Source of the DNA: Octopus sinensis
Lineage: Eukaryota
NCBI RefSeq assembly: GCF_006345805.1
Contig: NC_042998.1
Location: 102,920,001 to 102,984,000 of the forward strand
Length of the DNA: 64,000 nt
Reading direction: 5' to 3'
Shown here: positions 1 to 12,529 of the stretch, piece after piece
Layout: every line of letters begins with the position of its first letter
Position numbering within the stretch: position 1 is the first letter of the stretch
Program-made: the position numbers and the translations under genes
Notes under the pieces: generated by a model
Database searches by the model: none
Seen by the model: only the letters and a program-made list of their open reading frames with translations
Told to the model about the DNA's origin: nothing

Positions 1-571
1 ATCTTGTCCTCCCTCTGGCATAGAAGTGTGGCTACAATCCAGCCTACCTCTACTTCTGGGGGGACATTTTAAATTTTTATCCGGGACGTCCTATGTCCCA
101 GATATAAAGGTAAAAATAAGATATTTCCACTTTGTAAGGTTCGAGTCGAGTACTCCTTTGCACGCTCCGTTGACTCGAACCTTGCTTCTATTGTGGGGAA
201 TTTACCGCCTCTGGTTAGATACTTGATATCTTTCATAGTCGCACCAAGACACTTTTCGAAGGTGCTTTCCTCCAGGTGTTCAAATCTTTTTTCTCTACAT
301 TGTATACTTTATAGACAATAGTCTTTTCTTTAATTTAATTTTTTATTTCGTTTGGTGGTGTTATCCTAGATTCACCGTCATTATCAGTGATCAATCCGAA
401 ATAGGTTTGCATTTCTTCCATTTCAATTTTAATGAGTTCGCGCCCGCCGACGGCTGCAGCGAAATTCATTTTTGGACTTTCTTCTATCGAAGACATTTTT
501 AAAAAATGCTTCCGTATAAACGGTGAAAATATTGTCGGAATTGAATCGTGTCCCCAAACAGGGTGCATCAA
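1..571 (-). mobile_element. Decayed ORF1 (gag-like/RRM) of an L1/Tx1-like non-LTR retrotransposon, running off the left edge
   Basis: Minus-strand translation MSSIEESPKMNFAAAVGGRELIKIEMEE... continues, across stops and a frameshift, into ...LPLYLGHRTSRIKI*NVPPEVEVGWIVATLL, which resembles the 'RIKIxNVPPE' RRM motif of LINE ORF1 proteins. Family assignment is from recall. Confidence 0.45.
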
Positions 572-1044
572 ATAGCAGTACGCAGTTGAAGCTATAGTCC
601 GTTATGTATAAGAAATAAACCAACAGCAGTACTCAGTAGAGGTGGCTGTTCAAGAAAACAGACATTATATACAGCCAAACTTCATATAGATACTTAATGC
701 TAAATAATTAGCAGATAATCTAATGTAAAAGCTGTGGTAAAAGGTATGTGCACACCTCCATCTGGACTATTCCATTTCTGCACACTAATTTTATTTTTAA
801 TTTATTCCCATTTATGTGAAACCACTTATTCAAGTGCAATTTTATACCAATTGCTATTTTTACTTTTGTTATGTTACGATTTTATAATACTTTAGTTTGA
901 TTTTAATTATTACATACTACATATAATTCAATTGTTATTATTATTTTTATTGTTAAAGTGAAAGCATCTGACATAGAATAGAGAAATGTTTTTGTTTCAT
1001 TTTTATCACGTAATAGTGAAATAGTGGAGAAGATATGATATTGC

Positions 1045-1219
1045 CATGGGCTCGTCCTAGACAAGAGGTTGAACATCTTTTTGCCGATGACACTCCCCGG
1101 ACCCTAAGTAAGGCATGTGAAAAATTTGAATGAAATTGGTCGTGTAGTTCTGAAGTTTTAGGGAAACACACAGACAGACAAACAGACAAACACACATTCT
1201 CAGTTTTATATATAGAGAG
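1045..1219 (+). mobile_element. Short non-autonomous Helitron-like (Lep1/HINE-like) 3' fragment
   Basis: aaatttgaatgaaattggtcgtgtagttctgaagtttt followed by (CAGA)n and ...ttttatatatagag resembles the 3' half of Lep1-type non-autonomous Helitrons. No coding sequence. Confidence 0.3.
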
Positions 1220-1607
1220 ATTACTGGAGTAGGAACTATTCGTATTCCATTGTTATCTGTCTTTAAATATTGGTGTCTTCTCCTTAATTTCGTTTATTGA
1301 AGATTCATATCTCCAAAAATACCCTTCAAAATATAATATTCATTATGTGTAGAAATATTCTGTTAAATACTTCTATAATAACACGTGGATTTTTTAAGGC
1401 GTATAGGAAATGAATTTTCGAAATGTCATTGATATTGTTTATCTACCATTTATCAAAAAATATATACGTGCATACATACATACATACGCATACACACACA
1501 TATTAATATTATATACTATATACTATATACATATATCTACATGTATTCATATATATATATACATATATATATACATCATCATCATCATCATTTAGCGTCC
1601 GCTTATT

Positions 1608-1668
<61 letters not shown>

Positions 1669-1689
1669 TATATACATACATACATATAT

Positions 1690-2013
1690 ATATATCGATT
1701 CAGATGAATATGCTACTTAAGTTAAAAGCACCGGAATTTGGTATTCTATTATCCATATAAATCAAGTGGGGTGATTATAATCACGATAAACAACAAGGAC
1801 ACCCAAAGTATTGTAGTACAATCGTTTCATGCTTCATCATTTTATTATACACTGTAAGTACAAAAATGTACATTGTCCATTTAATTTTAAAAAATCTATA
1901 TGTGGCTGAAGATTGCTCGACATTTTAAAACTAATGGAATTCTTACAGTGTTAAATAAAATGAAGTAGCATGAAACGATTTTACTACACTACCTTGGATA
2001 TCCTTGTTTCTTA
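1690..2013. repeat. Interspersed repeat fragment with ~74-bp inverted arms, homologous to 27970-28110
   Basis: Arms 1786-1859 and 1942-2013 are reverse complements (about 80% by eye). The same sequence (gaaacga..gtactgcattacc..tggatatccttgttgcttatt) recurs at ~27970-28020. Confidence 0.65.
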
Positions 2014-2021
2014 TTATGACT

Positions 2022-2076
<55 letters not shown>

Positions 2077-3199
2077 TATATACATGTAATATTGTTAATG
2101 CCTATATATACACATATGTATGTATGTAGATATAGAACGATGTCTGAGAATGTGTATATTTGTTGTCACTTAGACAAAGTTTATCTATACCAAATAAAGC
2201 AGTCAATTCTATAAGTGCAGAATAATAATTACATGAACTTGGATTTCTACAAGATTTTAGTGGGAGTTCTACAAACCCAGTCCTCATGTAATTCATTAGA
2301 TTTTACAGAAATTTCAGACTCGGTAATCTCCAGAGAGCTATGTAAACATTATTTCTTCAATTCTATATTTTATATATATTACAGTATATATTAAATACAC
2401 CCGTATCAGTTTTTTTTTATTCCAACGACCTTCTATGGCAGTAGTTTTAAATACACAAGCTGATGAATAAATTTGTTTAAAGTTACTTCCAGGTGATGTC
2501 AGTTGCCTCTTTAAAATTTTTATTAGTTTGAAAAGTTAAAAAATCAAGTCGAATTACGTTTGTGAAGCAGTATCCTTCAGCTGCTACTGCTTCGTTTGCT
2601 GAAGCTGTCAGTCGAAGGAATCCGTGAATCGACCTTACAGAACGTAACTTGTTCCAACATTAACGATTCATAGGATTTCTTTACATGTGCACTCATACAC
2701 GCACAAACACATTTATCTGTGTCTAGATATGAATGCATGTATGAGAATAGATGTATATATATGTCTTTATATTTCTGTGTTGGTATATTTGCGTTTGCAA
2801 TTGTCTATAACTCTACATGCATATGCATGTGTATTTCGTTGAAATTAATGATAATATTTGCATTTATCTCAGTACACGCATATTTTCAATCAAGGCAAGA
2901 ACAAATCTTCCGTGGCAAATCACAATCATGCCTGGGTACACATTTGGTACATCTTAGCTATAGGTATGAATATCCATATTTTCTCTTTGCTGGATTTATT
3001 ACTTTGTTATTACCATATATTACTGAGACTAATTGAGGATGAAAAGCAAACGTTAGTATTAATATAGAATAACTTTGCACTTCTTTAAATTTTGCATTTC
3101 AGTAATCATCTCTTACTAAATTATGCTATGAAGCAATCTTTATCATGGAATATTGATTGTCAGTCAAAATAATAAAATGCAAGATAACAAGTACAATAA

Positions 3200-3410
3200 A
3201 ATTATAGTGGTGAATGAATATTGCTGAATTAGAAACAGCAGTTACGGAAATTACTGCAGCATTAACAAAAGTTGATGTAACAGTCCTGATGGCGTATATT
3301 GGAAAGATAAATGCTGAAAATCCTTGATTTGGTTTCTTTGAAATGTGAAAAGCAAAAGAAATCTGAAATAAAGAAAGAATACTAGACATTAAATGAATTT
3401 TATATGAAAT
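3200..3410 (+). mobile_element. Possible highly degenerate RTE-type apurinic endonuclease fragment
   Basis: ELETAVTEITAALTKVDVTVLMAYIGKINAENP*FGFFEM*KAKEI*NKERILD loosely matches the RTE APE segment 'DIIIVMGDFNAKIG.EN.GFEE.MGK.G.G..N.NGERLLDF'. Multiple stops. Confidence 0.25.
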
Positions 3411-3511
3411 CAGCAACACATTCTGAGCGATAAAAAAGATTTAGCAGAAGATATACATGTATATTCCAAAAGTGTCCTATAATCATTTCTTTTTACTGGG
3501 AAAAAGGAGCT

Positions 3512-3735
3512 TTAACCCTTTCGTTACTGTATTTATTTTGAGATACTCTGTGTTTCTTTCAATTACTTTATATATAACAAGGAATTTGGTAAAATACTTT
3601 AGTTACGATTAGCTAGTGTTAGGAACATAAATTGTCTCTAAGGTTTGGTAGGTTTTAATTCAAAACTGATGAAAGCAAGACATTTATACTAAGGGCTAGA
3701 GCCGGTTTCAGCTGGGTTGGTAATGAAAGGGTTAA
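3512..3735. mobile_element. piggyBac-like MITE (216 bp) with TTAA target duplication
   Basis: TTAA-CCCTTTCGTTAC at 3512 and GTAATGAAAGGG-TTAA ending 3735: 12-bp TIR with 1 mismatch, CCC/GGG ends, TTAA on both sides. Confidence 0.8.
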
Positions 3736-4265
3736 AGACAGGAATGAACGAGATCAATCATAAAATGAAATATATGTTATGTGTTCGGTCAGTTATAAAT
3801 GAAGAGAACAGTGCGATACACGGTTTCTTTCTTCGAAGAGTACTTTACGAATTTAGTAACGTGCAAGACAATAGCGAAAGAGAAACCTATGGCTTACCGC
3901 AAATATATCAATGACCAGTTCATATTTTATGAACTACGGACAAATTCAAATAGAATATAATGAATTATAATTTAGACATTTGATATTTAATATATTCTTA
4001 GGAATATTGAAAGGAATTGACATTATATAGAAACTAATATACGACTGAAAACACATCAAAATGTAGGACATTGAAGAGTCATAGATTTCAGTTATTTCTG
4101 TTATAGTTGTTAAAGATTCACCCCAGGTTGTCTCCAATAAAAAATGTTTAGAATTAAAGCATTTCAATTTATCTGGAACATGATTATCCATTTCCCCTTT
4201 TAAGAGTGTTAGATGTCTCAAGAGGTGAATATGGCGTTTCCTTCGGACAGCACAATGACGCTGAT

Positions 4266-4314
<49 letters not shown>
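4266..4314. repeat. (CT)n microsatellite
   Basis: Direct reading. Confidence 0.95.
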
Positions 4315-4317
<3 letters not shown>

Positions 4318-5225
4318 TGTCAGTGTGCTTCTGTGTAATTGTGACGGTCTATGACTCCTTCTCTCCATCTTTTTCTAATTGCCTCAAAACTCATTGAAGG
4401 TTGGGACTATTAATGTAAATGCAAACACTAAATAATTTTGACTGCTAATGAAAAACGTATAATGAAACAGTTCAGTTTCCGATAAACAACGCTAATAAAA
4501 TAAACGGGAGCTGTCTATAATCCTAGATGTAAATTTAGCTAGATCATTAGAATAGTGGTGCGGACAAAAATTTCTGCCAATGCCATAGAAGCTGAGATAA
4601 AATCTATATCTACGTACCTAAAACTCTAAGTAAGTGACTCAACGCGGCCTCCAGATAATGACTTAATTGTTTCAGCGAAGCAATTATACAGTAAAGTAAA
4701 AACGGATAATCGTGTCACTGGGAATAGATACATAACTACATTGTTTTCCTACAAACAAAAAGGAAAGTTAAAGGTTTAACATCCATATATATGTAAATAT
4801 AAAACTTAGGTAGAAAGTCATAGACTCAAATATCTCAATTTCATTGTTTTTATTCTACCTCTGCTTTATGACCTCGGAAGGGACCATATATTCTCTTGTG
4901 ATTCTTTATTGCATCTATAATTATTTATAAAGACAGTTTAATTTAATTATTCTATTTGTAACTTCTGTCTGTGCACATTTTATATAGATCATACTTGATG
5001 ATGCATTGAATAGTGTCATATTCAATGAGAAAAAAAGTTAAATACTAATATAGATTTCAAGGAACAGCATCATGTTTATTATTGGTTGCTGATAACATGA
5101 AGACACACCATTATTTTCCTTCAAGAATACTATTAGTATATAGCTCTTTATGAAATAAAAGTATCTTTTATTCAACCGGTATTCATTAACGGTATTCAAT
5201 CTCAATCAATGTATACGACATAAAT

Positions 5226-5405
5226 AAGGTGGCGAGGTAGCAGAATCGTTACTCTGGACAGAGTACCTAGCGGCATGTCGTCCGCTTCCGAATCCCAATT
5301 TCGACGAGGTTGCCTTTGCCTTTCATCCTTTTGATTACTGGGGTCGATGTAATCGACTTAACCCCTTCCTCTTGGTGGCCTTGTGCCAAAATTTTAAACC
5401 AATAT
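5226..5405 (+). mobile_element. tRNA-derived SINE family B, degenerate copy
   Basis: ggtggcgaggtagcagaatcgtt head; ...gaggttgcctttgcctttcatcctt...ggggtcgatgtaatcgactta...ttgtgccaaaattttaaaccaatat tail, shared with the copies at 46594-47248. Confidence 0.75.
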
Positions 5406-5794
5406 ATGAGACATCATTAATCTAGTGAAAGTTCCATCGTAATTTGTAACACATTGCTATCAAATGGAAAGCTTAAGGTAGTATCTTATCTGGGTGAATT
5501 TTGGGATCATTTGGATTTTGCTTTTCATGAGTCGGGGAGATGGCATTCTCCTATTTAGGTTAGTTTTCTTCAGCCATATAACTAAATAAATAGTTTTATT
5601 AAAAATATTTCGTTGCATCAATTTATATAACTTCTTTAAAAATTCTGTATGGTGGAGTTAACAATCGGAAAAAAAGAAATTATATATTTTTTTATTCAAT
5701 CTGCCGGCATAAGACGTATAATTTTAAATAGAGATGCAGTCTTCCAAAACATCTAAATTAATCAGACAGAATGATTATTTAGTATTATAAGTGT

Positions 5795-5859
5795 ATATAT
5801 ATATATATTATAAGTGTATATATATATATGTGTATATATATATATGTGTATATATATAT

Positions 5860-5917
<58 letters not shown>

Positions 5918-5925
5918 TATATATG
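5795..5925. repeat. (TA)n-rich microsatellite
   Basis: Direct reading. Confidence 0.95.
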
Positions 5926-6808
5926 ATAACTTTCAACAAAATGATACCGAGGATCATTTCGGAGATATCACTTAAATTGATTGTACATATAATCTATAAA
6001 TCTTGACCTTTTCCTCAGCAACGAGACACTTCAAAACATATTTTTTGCATTATTTTAATAAGTGCCATTCACGAAGGAAATTTAACAATATTTTGGAAAG
6101 CAACAACAAATATTTATCTTAAAGTGGAGAATTTATGATTAGAATTTCTTCTTGTGTTTTTCTTTTGATTGAATTTAGCCAAGCATTACAAAGCAATCAG
6201 TGCGCATATATCTTTGTCCAAGACTCTGAAAACAACTGAGGCTTACAATGGAGAAGTTGTATTAAATAATGCATTTGGTATCGCAGAAATAACAAAGTTT
6301 GAATCTCTGGGGTAATCGAAGAACACAACTACTCTTCTGTAACAGCCGACTTACAAAGCTAAATTCTCTGTGATTAAGGAGTAATTTCATTTTCTTACAA
6401 CGACATTCTCTGGCAGTTATATATGATAGCATCAAAACAATTCCTATATATTTTATCTCAGATCCATTTCTTCAACGATTACTTTCGTTGCCATTATTAT
6501 GATAGAAATCATGGTCGCCATCACTTGTATCACGGCACCACGGATAATACAGCAATCCTGATTCAATTATGGAAGGATTACCTTTCTTTCCCTGATTTCT
6601 TAAGTACAATTTTAGTTTCCTTTATACGACTTACCGTCTTCTTCCTACCAATGTATTCCATATAACGACTCACTAAAATATCAAATATGCTGCATTTCAT
6701 AATCACATATTTTTATATTTCATAAATTAAATTTATTAAAACTAGTTTTAATAGTCAAGATTAGATAGTCATTCCTTATTTTTTTCCCACTACATTGAGC
6801 GTTCTTTT

Positions 6809-6847
6809 ACACTACAGAAAACACTACAGAAAACACTACAGAAAACA
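6809..6847. repeat. 12-bp tandem repeat (acactacagaaa)x3
   Basis: Three exact adjacent copies. Confidence 0.9.
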
Positions 6848-6955
6848 TCACTGTGTACTTATATATATGTGTGTGTATGTATGTAAGCGTATGTGTATGA
6901 GTGTATGAATATATGATGTATGTATGTGTGTGCGTAGAGAGAGAAACAGAGAAAC

Positions 6956-6987
<32 letters not shown>

Positions 6988-7073
6988 TTTATTCTACACG
7001 AGTAGAAATAGAAACAAATGAAGGTGAAAATGCACAAGGATTCGTTTAGATTCTTTTTTTAAATTTTTACAGA

Positions 7074-7234
7074 ATACTGGTTTCACAGATCTCTCAAAGT
7101 TTCAAAAGTAAAGATAGAAAGACGTGAAGTTATGCTGCAACTGAGCTGCTTCTCAGAAGAAAAAGAGTTACAATCTAACTCTACGTATTTCTATCTCAAC
7201 TCTTGAAACTCTGATAAATCTGTGAAACCAGTAT
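7074..7234. mobile_element. Palindromic MITE-like fold-back element with TA ends
   Basis: Arms 7074-7132 and 7176-7234 are reverse complements (about 80-85%). Termini TA-CTGGTTTCACAGAT / ATCTGTGAAACCAG-TA. Confidence 0.65.
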
Positions 7235-7333
7235 ATTATTTAAAAATGTAAAAGTAATAAAGCTAAACGTATCCCTGTACCTTTTCAACTTCATTATTTT
7301 TCTATATTTCTGCCCTGTGGGATAATATATATA

Positions 7334-7414
<81 letters not shown>

Positions 7415-8648
7415 CGTGCGTGCGCCACGCGCGAGTATTATTTTGTTCTGAATTATTAGGTTAAATATTTAATTTTGTCTGTGGACAATCGCTTTTAAAT
7501 CCTTTTCAGTTTTATATTTCGCGAACATTCTAGCGTGTTTCATTTGATGTATGCACAATGTGCTAAATAGTAGCGATTTAATATGCTAAATGCAGGTTGT
7601 TTAAATTAAGTTTTAAGTGGGATTCTTATATTTTTTGACATGTCATCCATATGTTTTAACCACGATGGCTAAGAGATGTGGATGGCATGTCATACTACTA
7701 TGTTAACATAACCATTCGATTTATGTATCCATACTATCTAAGGGGACTTGAAAGCGTAGAGTTTTGAAAAGAATATTTACAGTTAACGCAAAAGACGGCA
7801 ATGTTGAGAGCTCAAGTGACTCTAAAGAAGATTAGACGAAGATTTGACTGTAATTTTAAGGTTTTGTGCTTAATAATTTCGCAATTGCAGAAGTACTGAT
7901 GTACATTGTTAACATTGTGATACGTTTTTTCTCGTAAAACCGCTTATCAGTGGTCAAAGAGTAAGCAATAGATGACATTTCAATATAATTTATTGTTTCC
8001 TATTTAAATTTTGTGAATGATTACTGAAGTATTTTCTGGATGGTACATTGTGAATGTAAATGTAAGAATTGCTTCAATTCAGTAAACCTAAAGTGGAAGT
8101 TCTACGTTTTTTTTATATATAATTCTTTTCCTTGTTTCAGTGCAGAATTTTAGTTTTGTTCAAAACGTAGATAAACAGGAAATATTATTTTCTTCCAAAT
8201 GTACAAAACCTTCTAAATTTATGAAGATTATTGAAAAAGTAAAGGAAAATAAAGATAGAAACTTCCTAAATCTATTGCTGTGCCGAGTGACATGCCGTGA
8301 AAAAAATATTGTATTTGATGAAATTCGTGCTTTCAAAGTTGCTACTGTTAACTCTATTTGACATGTACGAACGAATCATGAGATTCCCAGAGTGTACAGG
8401 TAAACAAAAATAAATACAAATAAATTTAAGTGAAACATGAAATAAAGAGGAAAGAAAATTTTACGTAATACTATTATTAGAAAAGTACTATCAACATTAT
8501 GTTTTCATTCATATCAGGATTTATGTGTTGTGCGCTTTAATACACTCACAAGCAGAAAAACGCACACATGCATACGAATACATGTATACACACGTACTTA
8601 CATACATACATACATATACATATATACGTGTGTACTTGTATATAAATG

Positions 8649-8649
<1 letters not shown>

Positions 8650-8686
<37 letters not shown>

Positions 8687-8769
8687 TATATATAAATTAT
8701 ATATATGAGTGTGTATGTATGTGTATCTCTGTGTGCCTCTGTGTGTCTGTATACATATATATTATATAT

Positions 8770-8863
<94 letters not shown>

Positions 8864-8900
8864 TATAGATAGATAGATAGATAAATAAATAGATGGATAG
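8650..8900. repeat. Compound (TA)n/(TG)n/(TAGA)n microsatellite
   Basis: Direct reading; source of the YI/YLSI ORFs. Confidence 0.95.
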
Positions 8901-9838
8901 ATAAATAGATACATACATACACACATGCGAAGACACGCTTATTTTTATAGTTATGTATGGGGTAAATTAAGAAAGGATATTTAATATTAAAAAAAAAACG
9001 GATATAATAAAATTTAGTTATTCTATCAATCATAGAGTTGCATAATATATTTCTGAAGAATTAACAAAACAAAAAATTCATCACTAAATCTCAAACGGTA
9101 TATTTCGTAACAAGTCTCAACGAAACATTTTCTAACATAATTTTCATAAATCTGTGGAGTTTTGAAAATGAAATCTATCTCATGAGATTTGAAATCCTTT
9201 TAAAGTTGAGGACAGTTATATTTGAATCCTTTTGGGTCAAACAAAAATATTGAAAGCTAGTAGTGATTGAATCATTAAAGGATTATATTACATGATGCAT
9301 AATATATTTCAATTAGATATATCCAATTTATTAAATAGAGTGTTAGAAAATGGTGATAATGGACGAAGCATAATACAGATTTCTAACTATAGAATATAAT
9401 GCATGGAGATATAGTAAAACACTTATCAGTACTCACAACAAATAAATAGAATAACATAGCAAAGGCTGCAATCTTCACTATACAGAATTAGAAACTGATT
9501 CACCTGTACATGTACAGTATATAAGTGCTAAAATATGTAATATTCTAGCAAGGACAGAGAATATTAAATCTGTTACAAGAAATCGTACATATTTAATCAT
9601 TCCTTGTCTAGTTCTGGACGTGATAAACTGTAACACCAGCTATTATTCGATTTTGCGTCAAATCCATTCCAACATAAGTATGTAGTTTATATTAAGGATT
9701 AAGAAAACAAATCAAATGTCATATACCGATCCAAATGCAATATATACCTGATGGCGTCCGGGTGTATCACTATAAGAATTGCTAAAGAAGTCACAAGAGC
9801 TCAGATAGAATTAATTCTTATTCTGCAAAGTTAAATTA

Positions 9839-10184
9839 TCCGGGTTCAGTCCCACTGCGTGACACCTTGGGCAACTGTCTTCTACTATAGGCTCGGGCCG
9901 ACCAAAGCCTTGTGGGTCGATTTGGTAGACGGACCTTGAAAGGAGCCCGTCGTATGTATGTATATATATATATATGTATAGGTGTGTATATGTTTGTGTG
10001 TCTGTGTTTGCCCCCCCCTAACTTCCCTTGACAACCGATGCGGGTGTGTTTACATCCTCGTAACTTAGCGGTTCGGCAAAGGAGACCAATAGAATAGGTA
10101 CTAGGCTTACAAAGAATAAGTCCTGGTGTCTATTTGCTCGACTAAAAGGCGGTGGTCCATGGACTGAAACAAGTAAAAGAGTAA
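9839..10184 (+). mobile_element. tRNA-derived SINE family A (internal microsatellite, CR1-like tail)
   Basis: B-box-like gggttcagtccc; core gggccgaccaaagccttgtg..gatttggtagacgg; internal (TA)/(TG); tail gactgaaacaagtaaaagagtaa. Paralogs at 20405, 25667, 29601, 30148, 40320 and 52711. Confidence 0.9.
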
Positions 10185-11065
10185 TATATTAGAAATACTA
10201 TCAAAGTTGAACTGTTAACTATTACCTCATGACATTGAAATGTTTATTTGTACAGAATGAGTATGAGTAATGATCATTTCAAAAAGTGACACAAGCTTTA
10301 GGATTATCTGAAGCACAATCCTTGATGTATCTGATCCTTATTTTATTAAACGCCGAACGATGAAAGCCGACAAAAGTAAAATTTTGAGGTTTAAATAGTA
10401 AATACTGCAATAATATGGCTAGTCGCTATACATTTTCTTATGTCACTCTGCAATATTTTTACAGACTTCGATGGCAAAATTTTGCTGAAACGTTATATAA
10501 GGTGCATAATTAATTTTCCAGTACTGACTAAGTAAATGCAGATACTGCCGTGTTTCAATAGACAAAAGTTGGGCGAATTTCATGTATGTATGACTGGATA
10601 TTATTTATTATATCCATTGAAAATATTCACTTCTTTTGTATTACTACCGACACCACCTTTGTCGAATACTTTATTAATATAATTCATTTTATGCAAAATT
10701 TAATTGTTTTTCCCGGTAAGAAATTTTTTGTGATTTTACGAACAAGTGTAAGATTATGAAGATATGGGTGCCACTCTACTCCCTGGACGGCTGTTATTTT
10801 ACTATTAATTCGGGAAATTAGTTTACATAAAACAGATCAAAATTTGTTGTCTACATGAAACCTTGCTTCAAGTCCGATTTGGATCTGTGGGGCAAGATCT
10901 ATATGTGTAATTATTTTTTTATATATTACTGCATGGTAACACATATCATAATGGACTCCTCTAAATCAGATTTCACAGTTTTACGATATTGAAAAATAAC
11001 ACGAAGAAAATTGTTTACATTTCATTCAGCCAGCTCGGTGACAATGTATACACACACGCGCATAT

Positions 11066-11070
11066 ATATG

Positions 11071-11126
<56 letters not shown>

Positions 11127-11170
11127 TGTGTGTGTGTGTGTGCGTGTGTGTGCGTGCGTGTGTGTGTGTA
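11066..11170. repeat. (TA)n(TG)n microsatellite
   Basis: Direct reading. Confidence 0.95.
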
Positions 11171-12529
11171 CAGAAACGTCGTAATACTGTCCCTTGTAGT
11201 AGAAGTGGCACAAAATTCTATAAATCGATACACATTTTAGTTTATTTCTAACGTTTTAGACATTGCTAGAAATAAAACTATTTCTAAGTACACAGTCACT
11301 GTGCTATGCAGTCATACGTTCAGGAATCATTAATTCAAATCATTTTACAATAACATAGTTTCGAAATTTCCTAGTGAAATCTCAGAAATGCGAGGTAAAT
11401 AAAACTACGGAGAAGCTTGCTAAAGAATTTTCTTTCAGATACCAGTTGTTCATGATTTGTACTATCCATAATCTTGATCTAGTTCTGTAATTACTTCAAC
11501 GCTTTAAATTTCTCATTTGATTTTTGTTTTAACGCCACTTCTGTTTGTTGTATTATCTTTCCTTCTTTAACCAATATTCTTTTCCAACGGTACATCATAT
11601 GGTTATGTGAAACGCACTTCATGACTGGTATTTTGTATTCATCTCAGAAAAAATGAATTTAAAAAAATGATCGTTGTTGTTTCTGAACTCAAATATTCCC
11701 TTCTTCTTTTGTTCAAATACAATAGAATAGAATACATAGCAATTTATTGAATATCATGACTGCAAACTTAAGGAGGATGGGTTAGTCAATGAAATAGACT
11801 TGGCTGATACTTTATTTTATCGACCATGTAGAGATGAAAGATAAAGCTGATCTCATTGAGATATGAACAGAGAAGGTAATACAATAGATAAAATGCTGTA
11901 TAAATTCATTTTTAACTCGCGGCTCGCTCAGTGAGAGGAAAGTCACATGGATATTCACATGTTTTCGTGAAATGCTCAGTCAATTTTTTTAGTTTTGAAA
12001 TAAAATGTTTGAATACTATGCGAAAAAGAAATGGTATTTTCAGCATGATAGAGATAATAAATAAATATAATATGGAGAGAGAAAAAAGTAATTGAAATTA
12101 TATGATGCAGACTAAATCACAAACAAAACAACAAATCAAAATAGAAGCACAAGAAACAAATATTCTTCATACTTGTCTATTTCTTTTAATAAATTTATAC
12201 AAGAAAATTTGGACACTGGAGAGTAAAATAATGTAAGAAAGTAAAACGGTTATGAACAAAATACACCTTGAATTGCACATAAAAAAAGAATGAAAAGCTA
12301 AACATTGATATATCAAATATTGTGAATGTTTCTAGTCTTTTGTGACAACCTGTTCAAGTAATAGTTTTTTTGTTATTCAAAATTATTTCGTTTTAAATTT
12401 ATCGTTTTTCATTTTATGTGTACATTCTAACATCAAACAGACGTTTTATTTTATTTTGTACGATTGACGTTGTTTCTATGCACCGAAGTTTAGTTTGGAA
12501 AATAAACATATTTGATGATGATGATTTGT

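Noticed and set aside
3210-3410. Frame with several TGA stops suggesting a TGA=Trp (mitochondrial or mollicute) insert
   Set aside because: No mitochondrial or bacterial gene similarity; better explained as a decayed LINE endonuclease or as random sequence.
8521-9033. Long low-complexity ORFs (YIYI, YLSI, HTHT, VCVC, ERER, poly-I/N), including 8521-9033, 20738-21143, 22340-22739, 35015-35666 and 51366-51805
   Set aside because: Translations of microsatellites, which lack stop codons by construction.
9612-9677. Other small plus-strand exon candidates (9612-9677, 24558-24588, 32132-32166, 33796-33835)
   Set aside because: GTAAG/GTATG donors and short open frames are common by chance in AT-rich DNA; no recognisable homology or consistent phase chain.
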